Positions 16,810 to 28,875 of a stretch of 64,000 nt of DNA are shown piece by piece. The stretch lies in assembly GCF_001677475.2 (NCBI RefSeq), contig NZ_CP015229.1. One strand, given 5' to 3'. Origin of the DNA: Escherichia coli (lineage in GTDB: Bacteria > Pseudomonadota > Gammaproteobacteria > Enterobacterales > Enterobacteriaceae). The position numbers and the translations under genes are program-made. The notes below the pieces were generated by a model. That model saw only the letters and a list, made by a program, of their open reading frames with translations. It did not search any database and had not been told where the DNA came from. How positions within the stretch are numbered: position 1 is the first letter of the stretch; each line of letters opens with the position of its first letter.

Positions 16810-16868
16810 GTTCCCTGTATAAAAACCAGGGGGAGTGATTTCTCACTCCCCCCTTTCCACTTAATGCA

Positions 16869-18143
16869 TTATTTCCAGCAAATCAGACAGTAATTCTTTT
16901 TGCCGCGACGCAGTAAGGTAAAACGACCAAACAGACGATCTTCTTCTTTAAAGAAGTATTCAGGATCGGACTGTTTTTCACCGTTAATGGTGATGGCATT
17001 GGAGGCGATAGTTTTACGCGCCTGACCACGGGAAGGTTGCAGTTCAGAATCGACCAGCGCCTGCATCAGGTCTGCGCCTTTTTCCATCTCAACCATCGGT
17101 ACGCCGTCCTGCGCCAGCTGTTCGAAGTCCGCTTCACTCAGCGCACTCAAGGAACCGCTGAACAGGCATTCGGTAATACGTTTTGCCGCCTGCAAACCTT
17201 CTTCACCATGCACCAGACGTGTCACCTGTTCCGCCAGTACATACTGGGCGCGCGGTGCTTTACCACTGTTTTTATCTTCTTCTTCCAGGGCGTTGATCTC
17301 TTCAATGCTCATGAAGGTGAAGAACTTCAGGAAGCGGTAAACGTCGGCATCCGCAGTGTTAATCCAGAACTGGTAGAATTTGTACGGGCTGGTTTTCTTC
17401 GGATCCAACCAGACTGCGCCGCCTTCAGTTTTACCAAATTTGGTGCCGTCTGCTTTGGTGATCAGCGGAACGGTCAGGCCAAACACCTGATTCTGATGCA
17501 GACGACGGGTCAGGTCGATACCAGAAGTGATGTTACCCCACTGGTCAGAACCACCAATTTGCAGCACCACACCGTACTGTTTGTTCAGACAGGCGAAGTC
17601 ATAACCCTGCAACAGGTTGTAGGAAAACTCAGTGAACGAAATCCCCTGATCTTCACGGTTGAGACGCTGCTTAACCGCTTCTTTGTTGATCATCTGGTTA
17701 ACGGAGAAGTGTTTGCCAATATCGCGCAGGAAGGTCAGCACATTCATATTGCCGAACCAGTCATAGTTGTTCGCCGCGATAGCAGAGTTTTCTCCACAGT
17801 CGAAATCGAGGAACGGGGCAACCTGCTTGCGGATTTTGTCCACCCATTCCTGAACAGTTTCTTCGGTGTTCAGCTTACGCTCAGCAGCTTTGAAGCTCGG
17901 GTCGCCAATCAGACCCGTCGCGCCGCCTACCAGCGCAACCGGCTTGTGGCCCGCCTGCTGGAAGCGTTTCAGGCATAACAATGGAACAAGATGCCCCAAA
18001 TGCAAGCTGTCAGCGGTAGGATCGAAGCCGCAATAGAGCGCGATCGGGCCTTGCGCCAGTCGCTCTGCTAACGCTTCCTCGTCCGTCACCTGGGCTACCA
18101 GCCCCCGCTCTTGCAATTGTTTAATCAAGTTACTGCTTGCCAT
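16869..18143 (-). CDS. tyrS: Tyrosyl-tRNA synthetase
   Basis: ORF 16869-18155; start at second ATG giving 424 aa; HIGH (HLGH) and KMSKS-like (KFGKT) class I motifs. Confidence 0.93.
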
Positions 18144-18271
18144 CAAAATCTCCATGTATATAACGACTGCACCTTTGCCGGTACACGACTTTTCGCCAGA
18201 TGCGAAAGAGACATAGAATAAAGTGCCAGAATCAGGAGTACCAGCGATTAAAGCAAGATTTTTGCATCTTT

Positions 18272-18928
18272 TCAGGGGGCAAGACGATCAATCTTCCACG
18301 CATCATTTTCACGCTGGTACAAAAAGCGGTCATGCAGGCGATGCTCACCGCCCTGCCAGAACTCAATCTGTTCAAGGCTGACGCGAAAACCGCCCCAAAA
18401 ACTCGGCAATGGCACTTCGCCCTGTTGAAACTTCTGCTTCAGCTCCAGGAATTTACTTTCAAGGATACCGCGGGCAGAAATGCGACTGGACTGCTTCGAA
18501 ACCCATGCACCAATCTGGCTATCACGTGGGCGACTATGAAAATATTTCATCACTTCGAGAGTCGAAAGTCGTTCCGCTTTACCGATCACCATCACCTGGC
18601 GCTCAAGGGTATGCCACGGGAACAGCAGGCTAACGCGCGGATTATTTTCGATTTGATGTGCTTTACGGCTGCCGAGGTTGGTGTAAAACACCATGCCTTT
18701 TTCGTCGTAATGTTTGAGTAAAACGATGCGCTGATAAGGCTGACCATGTTCATCCACGGTAGCGACCACCATCGCGGTAGGGTCCGCCAGTTTGGCTTCA
18801 CAAGCCTGAGAGAGCCAGCGTTCAAAAAGGGTTAATGGCTCGGCAGGAAGATCGCGGCGGCGTAACCCGCCTTTGGTGTATTCACGGCGCAGATGCGCGA
18901 TTTGCTGCAATTCGTCGTTATCAGACAT
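18272..18928 (-). CDS. pdxH: Pyridoxine/pyridoxamine 5'-phosphate oxidase
   Basis: 218 aa; upstream member of pdxH-tyrS-pdxY gene string. Confidence 0.93.
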
Positions 18929-18986
18929 GGTTTTCTTTACGGATTGTCAGTGGGTGACGCTATTGTGCGCCGCCCCTGGAAAAATC

Positions 18987-19316
18987 TCAACGCTGTGGAT
19001 TTTGTAACTGACAGTTATTCAAGACGATGCGGTCACGTTTATAGACAGTCGCTTCCTCGCCTTTCGACCAGAAAACATAGATTCCGTCAGTGTAACGCGC
19101 GCCAGAGGCTGAAATGCCCTGTTTGAGATGCAGTAGTTGATTATCGTATACAAAACTGACCTCCTGGCGCGGATTATTCAGTTTGACCGTCAACGGTTTT
19201 TCATCACACTGGTATTCCAGCGTATCGGTTTGCATGCGCTCAACCAGCTGATTGAACGCGCTACAGCCGGTGAGAAGCACCGGCAAACAGATCAGTAACA
19301 GTTTTTTCATAGACAT
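18987..19316 (-). CDS. mliC: Membrane-bound lysozyme inhibitor of C-type lysozyme (lipoprotein)
   Basis: 109 aa; lipoprotein signal peptide with lipobox LLTGC. Confidence 0.85.
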   Translation of the reverse strand: MSMKKLLLICLPVLLTGCSAFNQLVERMQTDTLEYQCDEKPLTVKLNNPRQEVSFVYDNQLLHLKQGISASGARYTDGIYVFWSKGEEATVYKRDRIVLNNCQLQNPQR

Positions 19317-19413
19317 ATCCCGAAGACTTTCCTGGTCTGGAGGGCAATACGCCCTCCCTAACGTTCCAAGTGTAACGGCAGACGCGGTAAGAAAAATTCA
19401 GTTAACTCTGATA

Positions 19414-20517
19414 TCACGGGTTAGCGGGGAAAATAGCCCCGAGTACCGTCTCCTGGCTTGCGCCAGTGACGGAAGGCAGATTTCCTGGTAATCCCGCAAG
19501 CGTCCGCCAGGCAAGCCAGGCGAAAGCCAATGCTTCCATGTCATCGCCACTAATGCCAACGGCATCGGTGGTGGTGACTTCTGTGCCTGGCAGTAATGCC
19601 GCCAGACGCGCCATGAGTAGCGGATTACGACTTCCTCCACCACATACCATCAATCGTTCGCAGCCACCGCTCAACAAAACTTGTTCAGAAATGGTCACGG
19701 CGGTGAGTTCTGCCAGTGTCGCCTGTACATCTCGGGGATCAACACCCGGAAAATGGCGCAAATGGCGCTCCAGCCAACCGTAGTTAAAGTATTCGCGTCC
19801 GGTGCTTTTCGGTGCAGGTTGCGAGAAATACGGGTCGCTAAGCATATTTTGCAGCAGTGGGAGAATGACTTTACCCGCCCGTGCCCACTCGGCATCTTTA
19901 TCGTAAGGTTTACCGGCCTGACGCCAGATCCAGGCATCCATCAGCATGTTACCAGGGCCGGTATCGTAGCCCCCTACCGGCTGCCCAGGAATGAGCAGTG
20001 ACAGATTGGCGATGCCGCCAATATTGAGCACCATTCGTCGCTCGGTTGGGTGAGCCAGCAGCGCATGATGGAACGCAGGTACCAGCGGTGCGCCTTGTCC
20101 TCCCAAGGCAATATCGCGACGGCGAAAATCACCGACAACCGTAATTCCGGTGCGTGCCACAATTTGATTGTTATCGCCAATCTGTAAAGTGTGTGGTGCC
20201 ACGCCCGTCGGTTCATGCCAGACGGTTTGACCGTGACAGCCGATCGCAACGATATCTCTCGCCTGCAGGTTTTGTTCCTTAAGCAAGGCATTGACCGCAT
20301 CAGCAAAAAGTCGCCCGAGTTGAGTATCAAGCTGTCCAAACTGCGTAAGCTGCTGGCCCTGGCAAATATCCAGTACAGCCTGTTTCAGAGACACCGGGAT
20401 CGGCCAGCTCAAACTTGCCAGCTGTGCGACCCGGTGTTCATCAATTGTCGCCAACACAACATCAACACCATCAAGGCTGGTGCCTGACATAACGCCAATA
20501 AAGCGGCCCGATTTCAT
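19414..20517 (-). CDS. anmK: Anhydro-N-acetylmuramic acid kinase
   Basis: 367-aa ORF; N-terminal [10 protein letters not shown] sugar-kinase motif. Confidence 0.9.
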   Translation of the reverse strand: MKSGRFIGVMSGTSLDGVDVVLATIDEHRVAQLASLSWPIPVSLKQAVLDICQGQQLTQFGQLDTQLGRLFADAVNALLKEQNLQARDIVAIGCHGQTVWHEPTGVAPHTLQIGDNNQIVARTGITVVGDFRRRDIALGGQGAPLVPAFHHALLAHPTERRMVLNIGGIANLSLLIPGQPVGGYDTGPGNMLMDAWIWRQAGKPYDKDAEWARAGKVILPLLQNMLSDPYFSQPAPKSTGREYFNYGWLERHLRHFPGVDPRDVQATLAELTAVTISEQVLLSGGCERLMVCGGGSRNPLLMARLAALLPGTEVTTTDAVGISGDDMEALAFAWLAWRTLAGLPGNLPSVTGASQETVLGAIFPANP

Positions 20518-20650
20518 AGTTCATCCTTTTTCAATCTGACGTTTGCGCACCACTCAAACATAAACTTTTCGTGAATACCATGCGGAATGACCGATTTTTA
20601 CCGTTGGTAGTAAAACATTATCTTCAAATCAATAATCATCATGAATGTTT

Positions 20651-20667
20651 TGTTTATAATTGGTTGA
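20651..20667 (+). promoter_or_regulatory. Putative PhoP box (TGTTTA-N5-GGTTGA direct repeat) upstream of slyB
   Basis: Hexamer direct repeat with 5-bp spacer in AT-rich slyB upstream region; slyB is a known PhoPQ-regulated gene. Confidence 0.4.
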
Positions 20668-20790
20668 TCCTACTTTCATTATGATTTGCTCATATTTGGT
20701 AGAACATGTAACCATGGATTCACATATGCCATATACTTTGACCATGAGGGATGCTTGCGTGGCGTTTCATGGTGAACAGGAGATTTTTCA

Positions 20791-21258
20791 ATGATTAAAC
20801 GCGTATTGGTTGTTTCAATGGTAGGTCTGTCTCTTGTCGGTTGTGTTAATAACGACACCCTGTCAGGGGATGTTTATACCGCTTCTGAAGCGAAACAAGT
20901 ACAGAATGTCAGCTATGGCACCATCGTTAACGTACGTCCGGTACAGATTCAGGGCGGTGATGATTCCAACGTTATCGGCGCAATTGGCGGTGCTGTTCTT
21001 GGTGGTTTCCTGGGGAATACTGTTGGTGGCGGAACCGGGCGTTCTCTGGCTACTGCAGCAGGCGCTGTTGCAGGTGGCGTAGCCGGTCAGGGCGTACAGA
21101 GTGCAATGAACAAAACGCAGGGTGTCGAGCTGGAAATTCGTAAAGACGATGGTAATACCATCATGGTGGTACAGAAACAAGGCAACACTCGTTTCTCTCC
21201 GGGCCAACGTGTCGTACTGGCCAGCAATGGCAGTCAGGTGACCGTTTCTCCGCGCTAA
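20791..21258 (+). CDS. slyB: Outer membrane lipoprotein SlyB (glycine zipper)
   Basis: 155 aa; lipobox LVGC; Gly-rich segment GAIGGAVLGGFLGNTVGGG. Confidence 0.88.
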   Translation: MIKRVLVVSMVGLSLVGCVNNDTLSGDVYTASEAKQVQNVSYGTIVNVRPVQIQGGDDSNVIGAIGGAVLGGFLGNTVGGGTGRSLATAAGAVAGGVAGQGVQSAMNKTQGVELEIRKDDGNTIMVVQKQGNTRFSPGQRVVLASNGSQVTVSPR

Positions 21259-21266
21259 ATAAGTTT

Positions 21267-21294
21267 GCGTGTGGTCAGGTTACTGACCACACGC
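21267..21294. terminator. Hairpin between convergent slyB and slyA
   Basis: GCGTGTGGTCAG-GTTA-CTGACCACACGC 12-bp perfect stem. Confidence 0.45.
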
Positions 21295-21304
21295 CCCCTT
21301 CATT

Positions 21305-21745
21305 TCACCCTTTGGCCTGTAACTCAATGATATTATGCTCAAGTTTTGCGATGAGCGTAATCAGTTGTTCCAGTTCCTCTGCGGAGATGCCATGTAAGAT
21401 TTCCGCGCGGGTTTTGTTAATAACAGCTTCCATTTCGCTGATCAGTGGCTCTGCCTTTTCCGTCAGTTTAATACGTTTAGCCCGACGATCGCTGGCACAA
21501 GTTTGACGCGAAATTAACCCTTTTTCTTCCAGTTGGTCCAGAGTACGGACCAGTGATGGCTGCTCGATGCCAATCGCTTTTGCCAGTTGAATTTGCGACT
21601 GGTCTGGAGGTAACTGATGGATATTGTGTAACGTAACCCAATGGGTTTGTGTTAACTCCAGCGGTTTCAGGCGATGGTCTATCAGAGCACGCCATATGCG
21701 CACCAACCGTGCCAGATCAGAACCTAGTGGCGATTCCAATTTCAT
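21305..21745 (-). CDS. slyA: MarR-family transcriptional regulator SlyA
   Basis: 146-aa ORF (true start may lie 2 codons downstream); winged-helix MarR family. Confidence 0.88.
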
Positions 21746-21755
21746 CTCCTTATAA

Positions 21756-21767
21756 TTAGCTTGCTAA
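21756..21767 (-). promoter_or_regulatory. SlyA-type operator palindrome TTAGCAAGCTAA (read on minus strand)
   Basis: 12-bp sequence seen 11 bp upstream of slyA start codon; matches the published SlyA consensus as I recall it. Confidence 0.55.
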
Positions 21768-21939
21768 GATATTATGCGGCTTTTAGAATAGTGTGCAGCA
21801 ATTGTATTGCTAAAACAAATGTATTGCTGCATTTGGTTACCGTCAGACATATTTTTCAGAAATTGCGCGTAAATTTTTCGCACTTAAAGAATATTTATTA
21901 ATCTAACGCAATATATTCGGTCGTAAAGGAATCTACTTT

Positions 21940-22176
21940 GTGAAGTTTATGCTCAATGCAACAGGATTGCCCTTACAAGATCTGGTGTTCGGTGCGTCCG
22001 TCTATTTTCCTCCGTTTTTCAAAGCCTTCGCGTTTGGATTCGTCATCTGGCTTGTCGTACACCGCCTGCTTCGTGGCTGGATCTACGCCGGTGACATCTG
22101 GCATCCCTTGTTAATGGATTTATCGCTGTTTGCGATTTGCGTTTGCCTTGCTCTGGCAATACTGATTGCGTGGTAA
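21940..22176 (+). CDS. ydhI: Small membrane protein (DUF1656), AaeX-like
   Basis: 78 aa, two predicted transmembrane helices; first gene of ydhIJK. Confidence 0.75.
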
Positions 22177-22178
22177 CT

Positions 22179-23036
22179 ATGTCAATTAAAACAATTAAGT
22201 ATTTCTCAACAATTATTGTAGCGGTAGTTGCGGTTCTTGCCGGATGGTGGCTGTGGAATTATTACATGCAATCTCCGTGGACACGCGACGGGAAAATACG
22301 CGCAGAACAGGTTTCTATCACCCCACAGGTGTCGGGACGTATTGTTGAGCTGAATATAAAAGACAACCAACTGGTTAACGCGGGGGATCTTCTGCTCACG
22401 ATCGATAAAACGCCCTTTCAGATCACCGAGCTGAATGCACAGGCTCAGCTGGCGAAAGCGCAATCTGACCTCGCAAAAGCCAATAACGAAGCGAATCGTC
22501 GTCGTCATCTCTCACAAAATTTTATTTCTGCCGAAGAACTCGATACCGCTAACCTCAATGTTAAAGCGATGCAGGCCAGTGTTGATGCCGCACAGGCGAC
22601 GCTGAAACAGGCACAATGGCAACTGGCGCAAACGGAAATTCGCGCCCCGGTGAGCGGATGGGTGACTAATCTTACTACCCGCATCGGCGATTACGCTGAC
22701 ACCGGGAAACCGCTGTTTGCTCTTGTCGATAGCCACTCGTTTTACGTCATTGGTTATTTTGAAGAAACCAAGTTGCGCCATATCCGCGAAGGTGCACCAG
22801 CACAAATAACCCTCTATAGTGATAACAAAACGTTACAGGGTCACGTTTCCAGTATCGGTCGGGCGATTTATGATCAGAGCGTTGAAAGTGACTCAAGCCT
22901 TATTCCGGATGTGAAACCTAACGTCCCCTGGGTTCGCCTCGCCCAACGCGTTCCGGTCCGCTTTGCGCTGGATAAAGTCCCAGGCGATGTCACGCTGGTG
23001 TCGGGCACCACCTGTAGCATTGCCGTAGGTCAATAA
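22179..23036 (+). CDS. ydhJ: HlyD-family membrane fusion protein (AaeA-like)
   Basis: ORF 22137-23036; ATG at 22179 three nt after ydhI stop; N-terminal TM anchor followed by coiled-coil. Confidence 0.8.
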   Translation: MSIKTIKYFSTIIVAVVAVLAGWWLWNYYMQSPWTRDGKIRAEQVSITPQVSGRIVELNIKDNQLVNAGDLLLTIDKTPFQITELNAQAQLAKAQSDLAKANNEANRRRHLSQNFISAEELDTANLNVKAMQASVDAAQATLKQAQWQLAQTEIRAPVSGWVTNLTTRIGDYADTGKPLFALVDSHSFYVIGYFEETKLRHIREGAPAQITLYSDNKTLQGHVSSIGRAIYDQSVESDSSLIPDVKPNVPWVRLAQRVPVRFALDKVPGDVTLVSGTTCSIAVGQ

Positions 23037-25048
23037 TGAACGCATCGTCATGGTCCTTGCGCAATTTGCCCTGGTTCAGGGCCACGCTGGCGCAATGGCG
23101 TTATGCGTTACGCAATACCATTGCCATGTGTCTGGCGCTGACGGTTGCCTATTATTTGAATCTGGATGAGCCCTATTGGGCGATGACCTCGGCTGCAGTG
23201 GTTAGCTTTCCCACCGTTGGCGGTGTCATCAGCAAAAGCCTCGGACGCATCGCTGGCAGTTTACTGGGAGCCATAGCAGCACTGATTCTTGCCGGGCATA
23301 CGCTCAATGAGCCATGGTTTTTTCTATTGAGCATGTCGGCGTGGCTTGGCTTTTGTACCTGGGCCTGTGCGCACTTCACGAATAACGTCGCGTATGCATT
23401 TCAACTGGCGGGCTACACGGCTGCCATCATCGCCTTTCCGATGGTTAATATTACTGAGGCCAGCCAGCTGTGGGATATCGCTCAGGCGCGCGTTTGCGAG
23501 GTGATAGTCGGTATTTTGTGCGGCGGCATGATGATGATGATCCTGCCGAGCAGTTCCGATGCTACAGCCCTTTTAACCGCATTGAAAAACATGCACGCCC
23601 GATTACTGGAACATGCCAGTTTACTCTGGCAGCCTGAAACAACCGATGCCATTCGTGCAGCACATGAGGGGGTGATTGGGCAGATACTGACCATGAATTT
23701 GCTGCGTATCCAGGCTTTCTGGAGCCACTATCGTTTTCGCCAGCAAAACGCGCGCCTTAATGCGCTACTCCACCAGCAATTACGTATGACCAGTGTCATC
23801 TCCAGCCTGCGACGTATGTTGCTCAACTGGCCCTCACCGCCAGGTGCAACACGAGAAATTCTCGAACAGTTGCTGACGGCGCTCGCCAGTTCGCAAACAG
23901 ATGTTTACACCGTCGCACGTATTATCGCCCCGCTACGCCCGACCAACGTCGCCGACTACCGGCACGTCGCCTTCTGGCAGCGACTACGTTATTTTTGCCG
24001 CCTTTATCTGCAAAGTAGTCAGGAATTACATCGTCTGCAAAGCGGTGTGGATGATCATACCAGACTCCCACGGACATCCGGCCTGGCTCGTCATACCGAT
24101 AACGCCGAAGCTATGTGGAGCGGACTGCGTACATTTTGTACGTTGATGATGATTGGCACATGGAGTATTGCTTCGCAATGGGATGCCGGTGCCAATGCAT
24201 TAACGCTGGCAGCAATTAGCTGCGTACTCTACTCCGCCGTCGCAGCTCCATTTAAGTCGTTGTCACTGCTGATGCGCACGCTGGTGTTACTTTCGCTATT
24301 CAGCTTTGTGGTCAAATTTGGCCTGATGGTCCAGATTACCGATCTGTGGCAATTTTTACTGTTTCTCTTTCCACTGCTTGCGACAATGCAGCTTCTTAAA
24401 TTGCAGATGCCCAAATTTGCCGCATTGTGGGGGCAACTGATTGTTTTTATGGGTTCGTTTATCGCTGTCACTAATCCCCCGATGTATGATTTTGCTGATT
24501 TTCTTAACGATAATCTGGCAAAAATCGTTGGCGTTGCGCTGGCGTGGTTAGCGTTCGCCATTCTGCGTCCAGGATCGGATGCTCGTAAAAGTCGCCGTCA
24601 TATTCGCGCGCTGCGCCGGGATTTTGTCGATCAACTAAGCCGCCATCCATCACTGAGTGAAAGCGAATTTGAATCACTCACTTATCATCACGTCAGTCAG
24701 TTGAGTAACAGCCAGGATGCGCTGGCTCGCCGTTGGTTATTACGCTGGGGTGTAGTGCTGCTGAACTGTTCTCATGTTGTCTGGCAATTGCGCGACTGGG
24801 AATCGCGTTCCGATCCGTTATCGCGAGTACGGGATAACTGTATTTCACTGTTGCGCGGAGTGATGAGTGAGCGTGGCGTTCAGCAAAAATCACTGGCGGC
24901 CACACTTGAAGAATTACAGCGAATTTGCGACAGCCTTGCCCGTCATCATCAACCTGCCGCCCGTGAGCTGGCGGCAATTGTCTGGCGGCTGTACTGCTCG
25001 CTTTCGCAACTTGAGCAAGCACAACCGCAAGGTACGCTGGCCTCTTAA
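23036..25048 (+). CDS. ydhK: FUSC-family (AaeB-like) efflux transporter
   Basis: 670 aa; two hydrophobic domains separated by a cytoplasmic domain; start overlaps ydhJ stop. Confidence 0.8.
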   Translation: MNASSWSLRNLPWFRATLAQWRYALRNTIAMCLALTVAYYLNLDEPYWAMTSAAVVSFPTVGGVISKSLGRIAGSLLGAIAALILAGHTLNEPWFFLLSMSAWLGFCTWACAHFTNNVAYAFQLAGYTAAIIAFPMVNITEASQLWDIAQARVCEVIVGILCGGMMMMILPSSSDATALLTALKNMHARLLEHASLLWQPETTDAIRAAHEGVIGQILTMNLLRIQAFWSHYRFRQQNARLNALLHQQLRMTSVISSLRRMLLNWPSPPGATREILEQLLTALASSQTDVYTVARIIAPLRPTNVADYRHVAFWQRLRYFCRLYLQSSQELHRLQSGVDDHTRLPRTSGLARHTDNAEAMWSGLRTFCTLMMIGTWSIASQWDAGANALTLAAISCVLYSAVAAPFKSLSLLMRTLVLLSLFSFVVKFGLMVQITDLWQFLLFLFPLLATMQLLKLQMPKFAALWGQLIVFMGSFIAVTNPPMYDFADFLNDNLAKIVGVALAWLAFAILRPGSDARKSRRHIRALRRDFVDQLSRHPSLSESEFESLTYHHVSQLSNSQDALARRWLLRWGVVLLNCSHVVWQLRDWESRSDPLSRVRDNCISLLRGVMSERGVQQKSLAATLEELQRICDSLARHHQPAARELAAIVWRLYCSLSQLEQAQPQGTLAS

Positions 25049-25570
25049 TTACTTAATTACACCACAGGCATAGCGTTCACCGCCACCGCCCAGCGGTTTA
25101 GGTTGATCGGACATATTATCGCCGCCAACGTGGACCATCAGCGCTTTGTCTTTGATTTCATCCAGTGATTTCAGACGAGGCGCGATGACGGCATCGGTAG
25201 CTTTGCCGTCATTATTGACGACCAGTGCAGGCAGATCGCCTAAATGCCCGGCACCTTCTGGCCCTTCATGTTTACCGGTATTTTGTGGATCAAGATGCCC
25301 GCCTGCGGATTCCGCGGCGCTGGCTTTGCCATCTTTGGTGGCTGGCTGGCAGCTTCCTTTGGCATGAATATGGAAGCCATGTTCACCGGGGGGTAATGCT
25401 TTCAGATCGGGCGAAAACTCCAGACCTTTATCGGTTTCAGTAATGGTGACGCTACCAATTGACTGCCCAACCCCTTGCGACGTGACGAGGTTCATCTCGA
25501 CTTTTTCACTGGCAGCTTGTGCGCCGGTCGCAACAACCAGCGCCAGAATGGCCAGACTAAAACGTTTCAT
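25049..25570 (-). CDS. sodC: Periplasmic Cu,Zn superoxide dismutase
   Basis: ORF 25049-25621; start at internal ATG 25570 with GGAGG RBS giving 173 aa; signal peptide; His-rich Cu/Zn ligand region. Confidence 0.9.
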   Translation of the reverse strand: MKRFSLAILALVVATGAQAASEKVEMNLVTSQGVGQSIGSVTITETDKGLEFSPDLKALPPGEHGFHIHAKGSCQPATKDGKASAAESAGGHLDPQNTGKHEGPEGAGHLGDLPALVVNNDGKATDAVIAPRLKSLDEIKDKALMVHVGGDNMSDQPKPLGGGGERYACGVIK

Positions 25571-25650
25571 AGGACCTCCGTTCATTGTGCATTCCTGAAT
25601 AAGTGTAAACCAGTGACACATTTTTGAACGGCGGCTATTCCTAAAAGTGC

Positions 25651-26547
25651 TTACGGTACGTCGTAACCCAGTGCCGCTTTACGGATACGGAACCATTGTT
25701 GACGGGTCATTTTCAGTGTTTCAGCTTCGACAGCTGCCCGTACGCGCTCAATTTTACCTGAGCCGATAATTGGCAGCGGCTGCGACGGTAAACGTAATAC
25801 CCAGGCGTAAACCACCTGTTCAATCGAGCCCGCGTTTAACTCCTCCGCCACCACAGCCAGTTCATCACGCAGCGGCTGGAAATAATCATCATTAAACAGA
25901 CGACCACCACCAAGGCAGGACCACGCCATCGGACGAACACGCAGTTGTTGCAGTTGGTCGAGCGTGCCATCCAGCAGTAACGGCTGATGCACCGGGGATA
26001 TTTCCACCTGATTAGTGGCAAGGGTAAACGGCAGGCGTGATTGCAACAGGGCAAATTGCGCGGGCGTGAAGTTGGATACGCCAAAATGGCGCACTTTGCC
26101 GCTCTGATGCAGATGTTTAAACGCGTCCGCCACTTCATCGGCATCCATTAACGGGTCTGGTCGGTGGATTAACAGCAGATCGAGATGATCGGTCGCGAGA
26201 TTAATTAGCGACTGTTCGGCGCTCTTAATGATGTGATCGCGGTCAGTGATGTAATGACCAATGACGTTTTCTTCACGCGCGGTCGTCGCGATACCGCATT
26301 TACTGACGATTTCCATCCGTTCACGCAGGTGAGGAGCCAGTTTCAGCGCCTCGCCAAACGCCGCTTCGCACTGATAGCCACCATAAATATCAGCATGGTC
26401 CACGGTGGTCACGCCGAGATCCAGATGCTCTTCAATAAAACTGACCAGCTGGCGGGCGGACATATTCCAGTCCATCAATCGCCAGTAGCCCATCACAAAA
26501 CGGGAAAACTCCGGGCCTTGCGGCGCAATAGTAATACGCTGAACCAT
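25651..26547 (-). CDS. ydhF: Aldo-keto reductase family oxidoreductase
   Basis: 298-aa ORF. Confidence 0.85.
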   Translation of the reverse strand: MVQRITIAPQGPEFSRFVMGYWRLMDWNMSARQLVSFIEEHLDLGVTTVDHADIYGGYQCEAAFGEALKLAPHLRERMEIVSKCGIATTAREENVIGHYITDRDHIIKSAEQSLINLATDHLDLLLIHRPDPLMDADEVADAFKHLHQSGKVRHFGVSNFTPAQFALLQSRLPFTLATNQVEISPVHQPLLLDGTLDQLQQLRVRPMAWSCLGGGRLFNDDYFQPLRDELAVVAEELNAGSIEQVVYAWVLRLPSQPLPIIGSGKIERVRAAVEAETLKMTRQQWFRIRKAALGYDVP

Positions 26548-26595
26548 AATCGCTTCCTCTTATCAGATATGAGAGGAGTATACGCAAGATTAGGC

Positions 26596-26835
26596 TCAAA
26601 AGAGTGATGGTTGCTCCGGTTCGTCTGATGACGCTGGCTTATTTGCGCGTAATTTGCGCATTAATCGCTGCCGACAAAGGCGCAGCACCTCTTGTTTTTC
26701 GCCATCGCTCATTTTATTCCAGTTAAAACGCTCATCCCGACTACGAAAACAGCCGCGACAAAACCCGCGTTCGTCAGACTGGCAAATTCCCCGGCACGGG
26801 CTCTGGACGGGAAAGAACTCTAATTGCTCCGCCAC
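26596..26835 (-). CDS. ydhL: DUF1289 cysteine-rich small protein
   Basis: 79 aa; CxxxC...CxxC cysteine pattern. Confidence 0.75.
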   Translation of the reverse strand: MAEQLEFFPVQSPCRGICQSDERGFCRGCFRSRDERFNWNKMSDGEKQEVLRLCRQRLMRKLRANKPASSDEPEQPSLF

Positions 26836-27031
26836 TTCGCCCTCCTCAGATAAGTTTTACTCTAAATAATTCGAGTTGCAGGAAGGCGACGAGTGAATGA
26901 ATCCCCTGGAGCTTACTAAAGTAAGTGACTGGGGTGAGTGAACGTGGTCGCAGCACATGCAACTTGAAGTATGACGAGTGTATTACCACTATTGAAGCTC
27001 TTAATACCCAAAGTAGCAACTTTGCTTGCAC

Positions 27032-27047
27032 TAGACCGACTGGTCTA
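27032..27047. promoter_or_regulatory. Putative NemR operator TAGACC-N4-GGTCTA
   Basis: 6-bp perfect inverted arms seen 15 bp upstream of nemR start; TetR-type operator architecture. Confidence 0.5.
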
Positions 27048-27061
27048 CTACACTCCAACGC

Positions 27062-27661
27062 ATGAACAAACACACCGAACATGATACTCGCGAACATCTC
27101 CTGGCGACGGGCGAGCAACTTTGCCTGCAACGTGGATTCACCGGGATGGGGCTAAGCGAATTACTAAAAACCGCTGAAGTGCCGAAAGGTTCCTTCTATC
27201 ACTACTTTCGCTCTAAAGAAGCGTTTGGCGTTGCTATGCTTGAGCGCCATTACGCCGCATATCACCAGCGACTGACTGAGTTGCTGCAATCCGGTGAAGG
27301 TAACTACCGCGACCGCATACTGGCTTATTACCAGCAAACACTGAACCAGTTTTGCCAACATGGAACCATCAGTGGTTGCCTGACAGTAAAACTCTCTGCC
27401 GAAGTGTGCGATCTGTCAGAAGATATGCGTAGCGCGATGGATAAAGGCGCTCGCGGCGTGATCGCCCTGCTCTCGCAGGCGCTGGAAAATGGCCGTGATA
27501 GCCATTGTTTAACCTTTTGTGGCGAACCGCTGCAACAGGCACAAGTGCTTTACGCACTATGGCTGGGTGCGAATCTGCAGGCCAAAATTTCGCGCAATTC
27601 CGAGCCACTGGAAAACGCGCTGGCACATGTAAAAACCATTATTGCGACGCCTGCCGTTTAG
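27062..27661 (+). CDS. nemR: TetR-family repressor NemR (electrophile-sensing)
   Basis: 199 aa; N-terminal TetR HTH. Confidence 0.88.
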   Translation: MNKHTEHDTREHLLATGEQLCLQRGFTGMGLSELLKTAEVPKGSFYHYFRSKEAFGVAMLERHYAAYHQRLTELLQSGEGNYRDRILAYYQQTLNQFCQHGTISGCLTVKLSAEVCDLSEDMRSAMDKGARGVIALLSQALENGRDSHCLTFCGEPLQQAQVLYALWLGANLQAKISRNSEPLENALAHVKTIIATPAV

Positions 27662-27697
27662 CAGGCATTTTTTATCACCAGACGACCGGGAGCCTTT

Positions 27698-28795
27698 ATG
27701 TCATCTGAAAAACTGTATTCCCCACTGAAAGTGGGCGCAATAACTGCGGCAAACCGTATTTTTATGGCACCGCTGACGCGTCTGCGCAGTATTGAACCGG
27801 GTGACATCCCTACCCCGTTGATGGCGGAATACTATCGCCAACGTGCCAGTGCCGGTTTGATTATTAGCGAAGCCACGCAAATTTCTGCCCAGGCAAAAGG
27901 GTATGCTGGTGCACCTGGCATCCATAGTCCGGAACAAATTGCCGCATGGAAAAAAATTACCGCTGGCGTTCATGCTGAAAATGGTCATATGGCCGTACAG
28001 CTGTGGCACACTGGACGAATTTCTCACGCCAGCCTGCAACCTGGCGGTCAGGCACCGGTAGCGCCTTCAGCACTTAGCGCGGGAACTCGTACTTCTCTGC
28101 GCGATGAAAATGGTCAGGCGATCCGTGTTGAAACATCCATGCCGCGTGCGCTTGAACTGGAAGAGATTCCGGGTATCGTCAATGATTTCCGTCAGGCCAT
28201 TGCTAACGCGCGTGAAGCCGGTTTTGATCTGGTAGAGCTCCACTCTGCTCATGGTTATTTGCTGCATCAGTTCCTTTCTCCTTCTTCAAACCATCGTACC
28301 GATCAGTACGGCGGCAGCGTGGAAAATCGCGCACGTCTGGTGCTGGAAGTGGTCGATGCAGGGATTGAAGAATGGGGTGCCGATCGCATTGGCATTCGCG
28401 TTTCGCCAATCGGTACTTTCCAGAACACAGATAACGGCCCGAATGAAGAAGCCGATGCACTGTATCTGATTGAACAACTGGGTAAACGCGGCATTGCTTA
28501 TCTGCATATGTCAGAACCAGATTGGGCGGGGGGTGAACCGTATACTGATGCGTTCCGCGAAAAAGTACGCGCCCGTTTCCACGGTCCGATTATCGGCGCA
28601 GGTGCATACACGGTAGAAAAAGCCGAAACGCTGATCGGCAAAGGGTTAATTGATGCGGTGGCATTTGGTCGTGACTGGATTGCGAACCCGGATCTGGTCG
28701 CCCGCTTGCAACGCAAAGCTGAGCTTAACCCACAGCGTGCCGAAAGTTTTTACGGTGGCGGCGCGGAAGGCTACACTGATTACCCGACGCTGTAA
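27698..28795 (+). CDS. nemA: N-ethylmaleimide reductase (Old Yellow Enzyme family, FMN)
   Basis: 365 aa; OYE TIM-barrel family. Confidence 0.92.
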
Positions 28796-28875
28796 TCCAA
28801 CATTGCGAGCGGCGCAAAGCCGCCGCTATACTAAAACAACATTTTGAATCTGTTAGCCATTTTGAGGATATAAAG

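Noticed and set aside
17037-17978. 313-aa ORF on the plus strand inside tyrS
   Set aside because: Entirely antisense to the well-supported tyrS reading frame; no RBS; typical shadow ORF.
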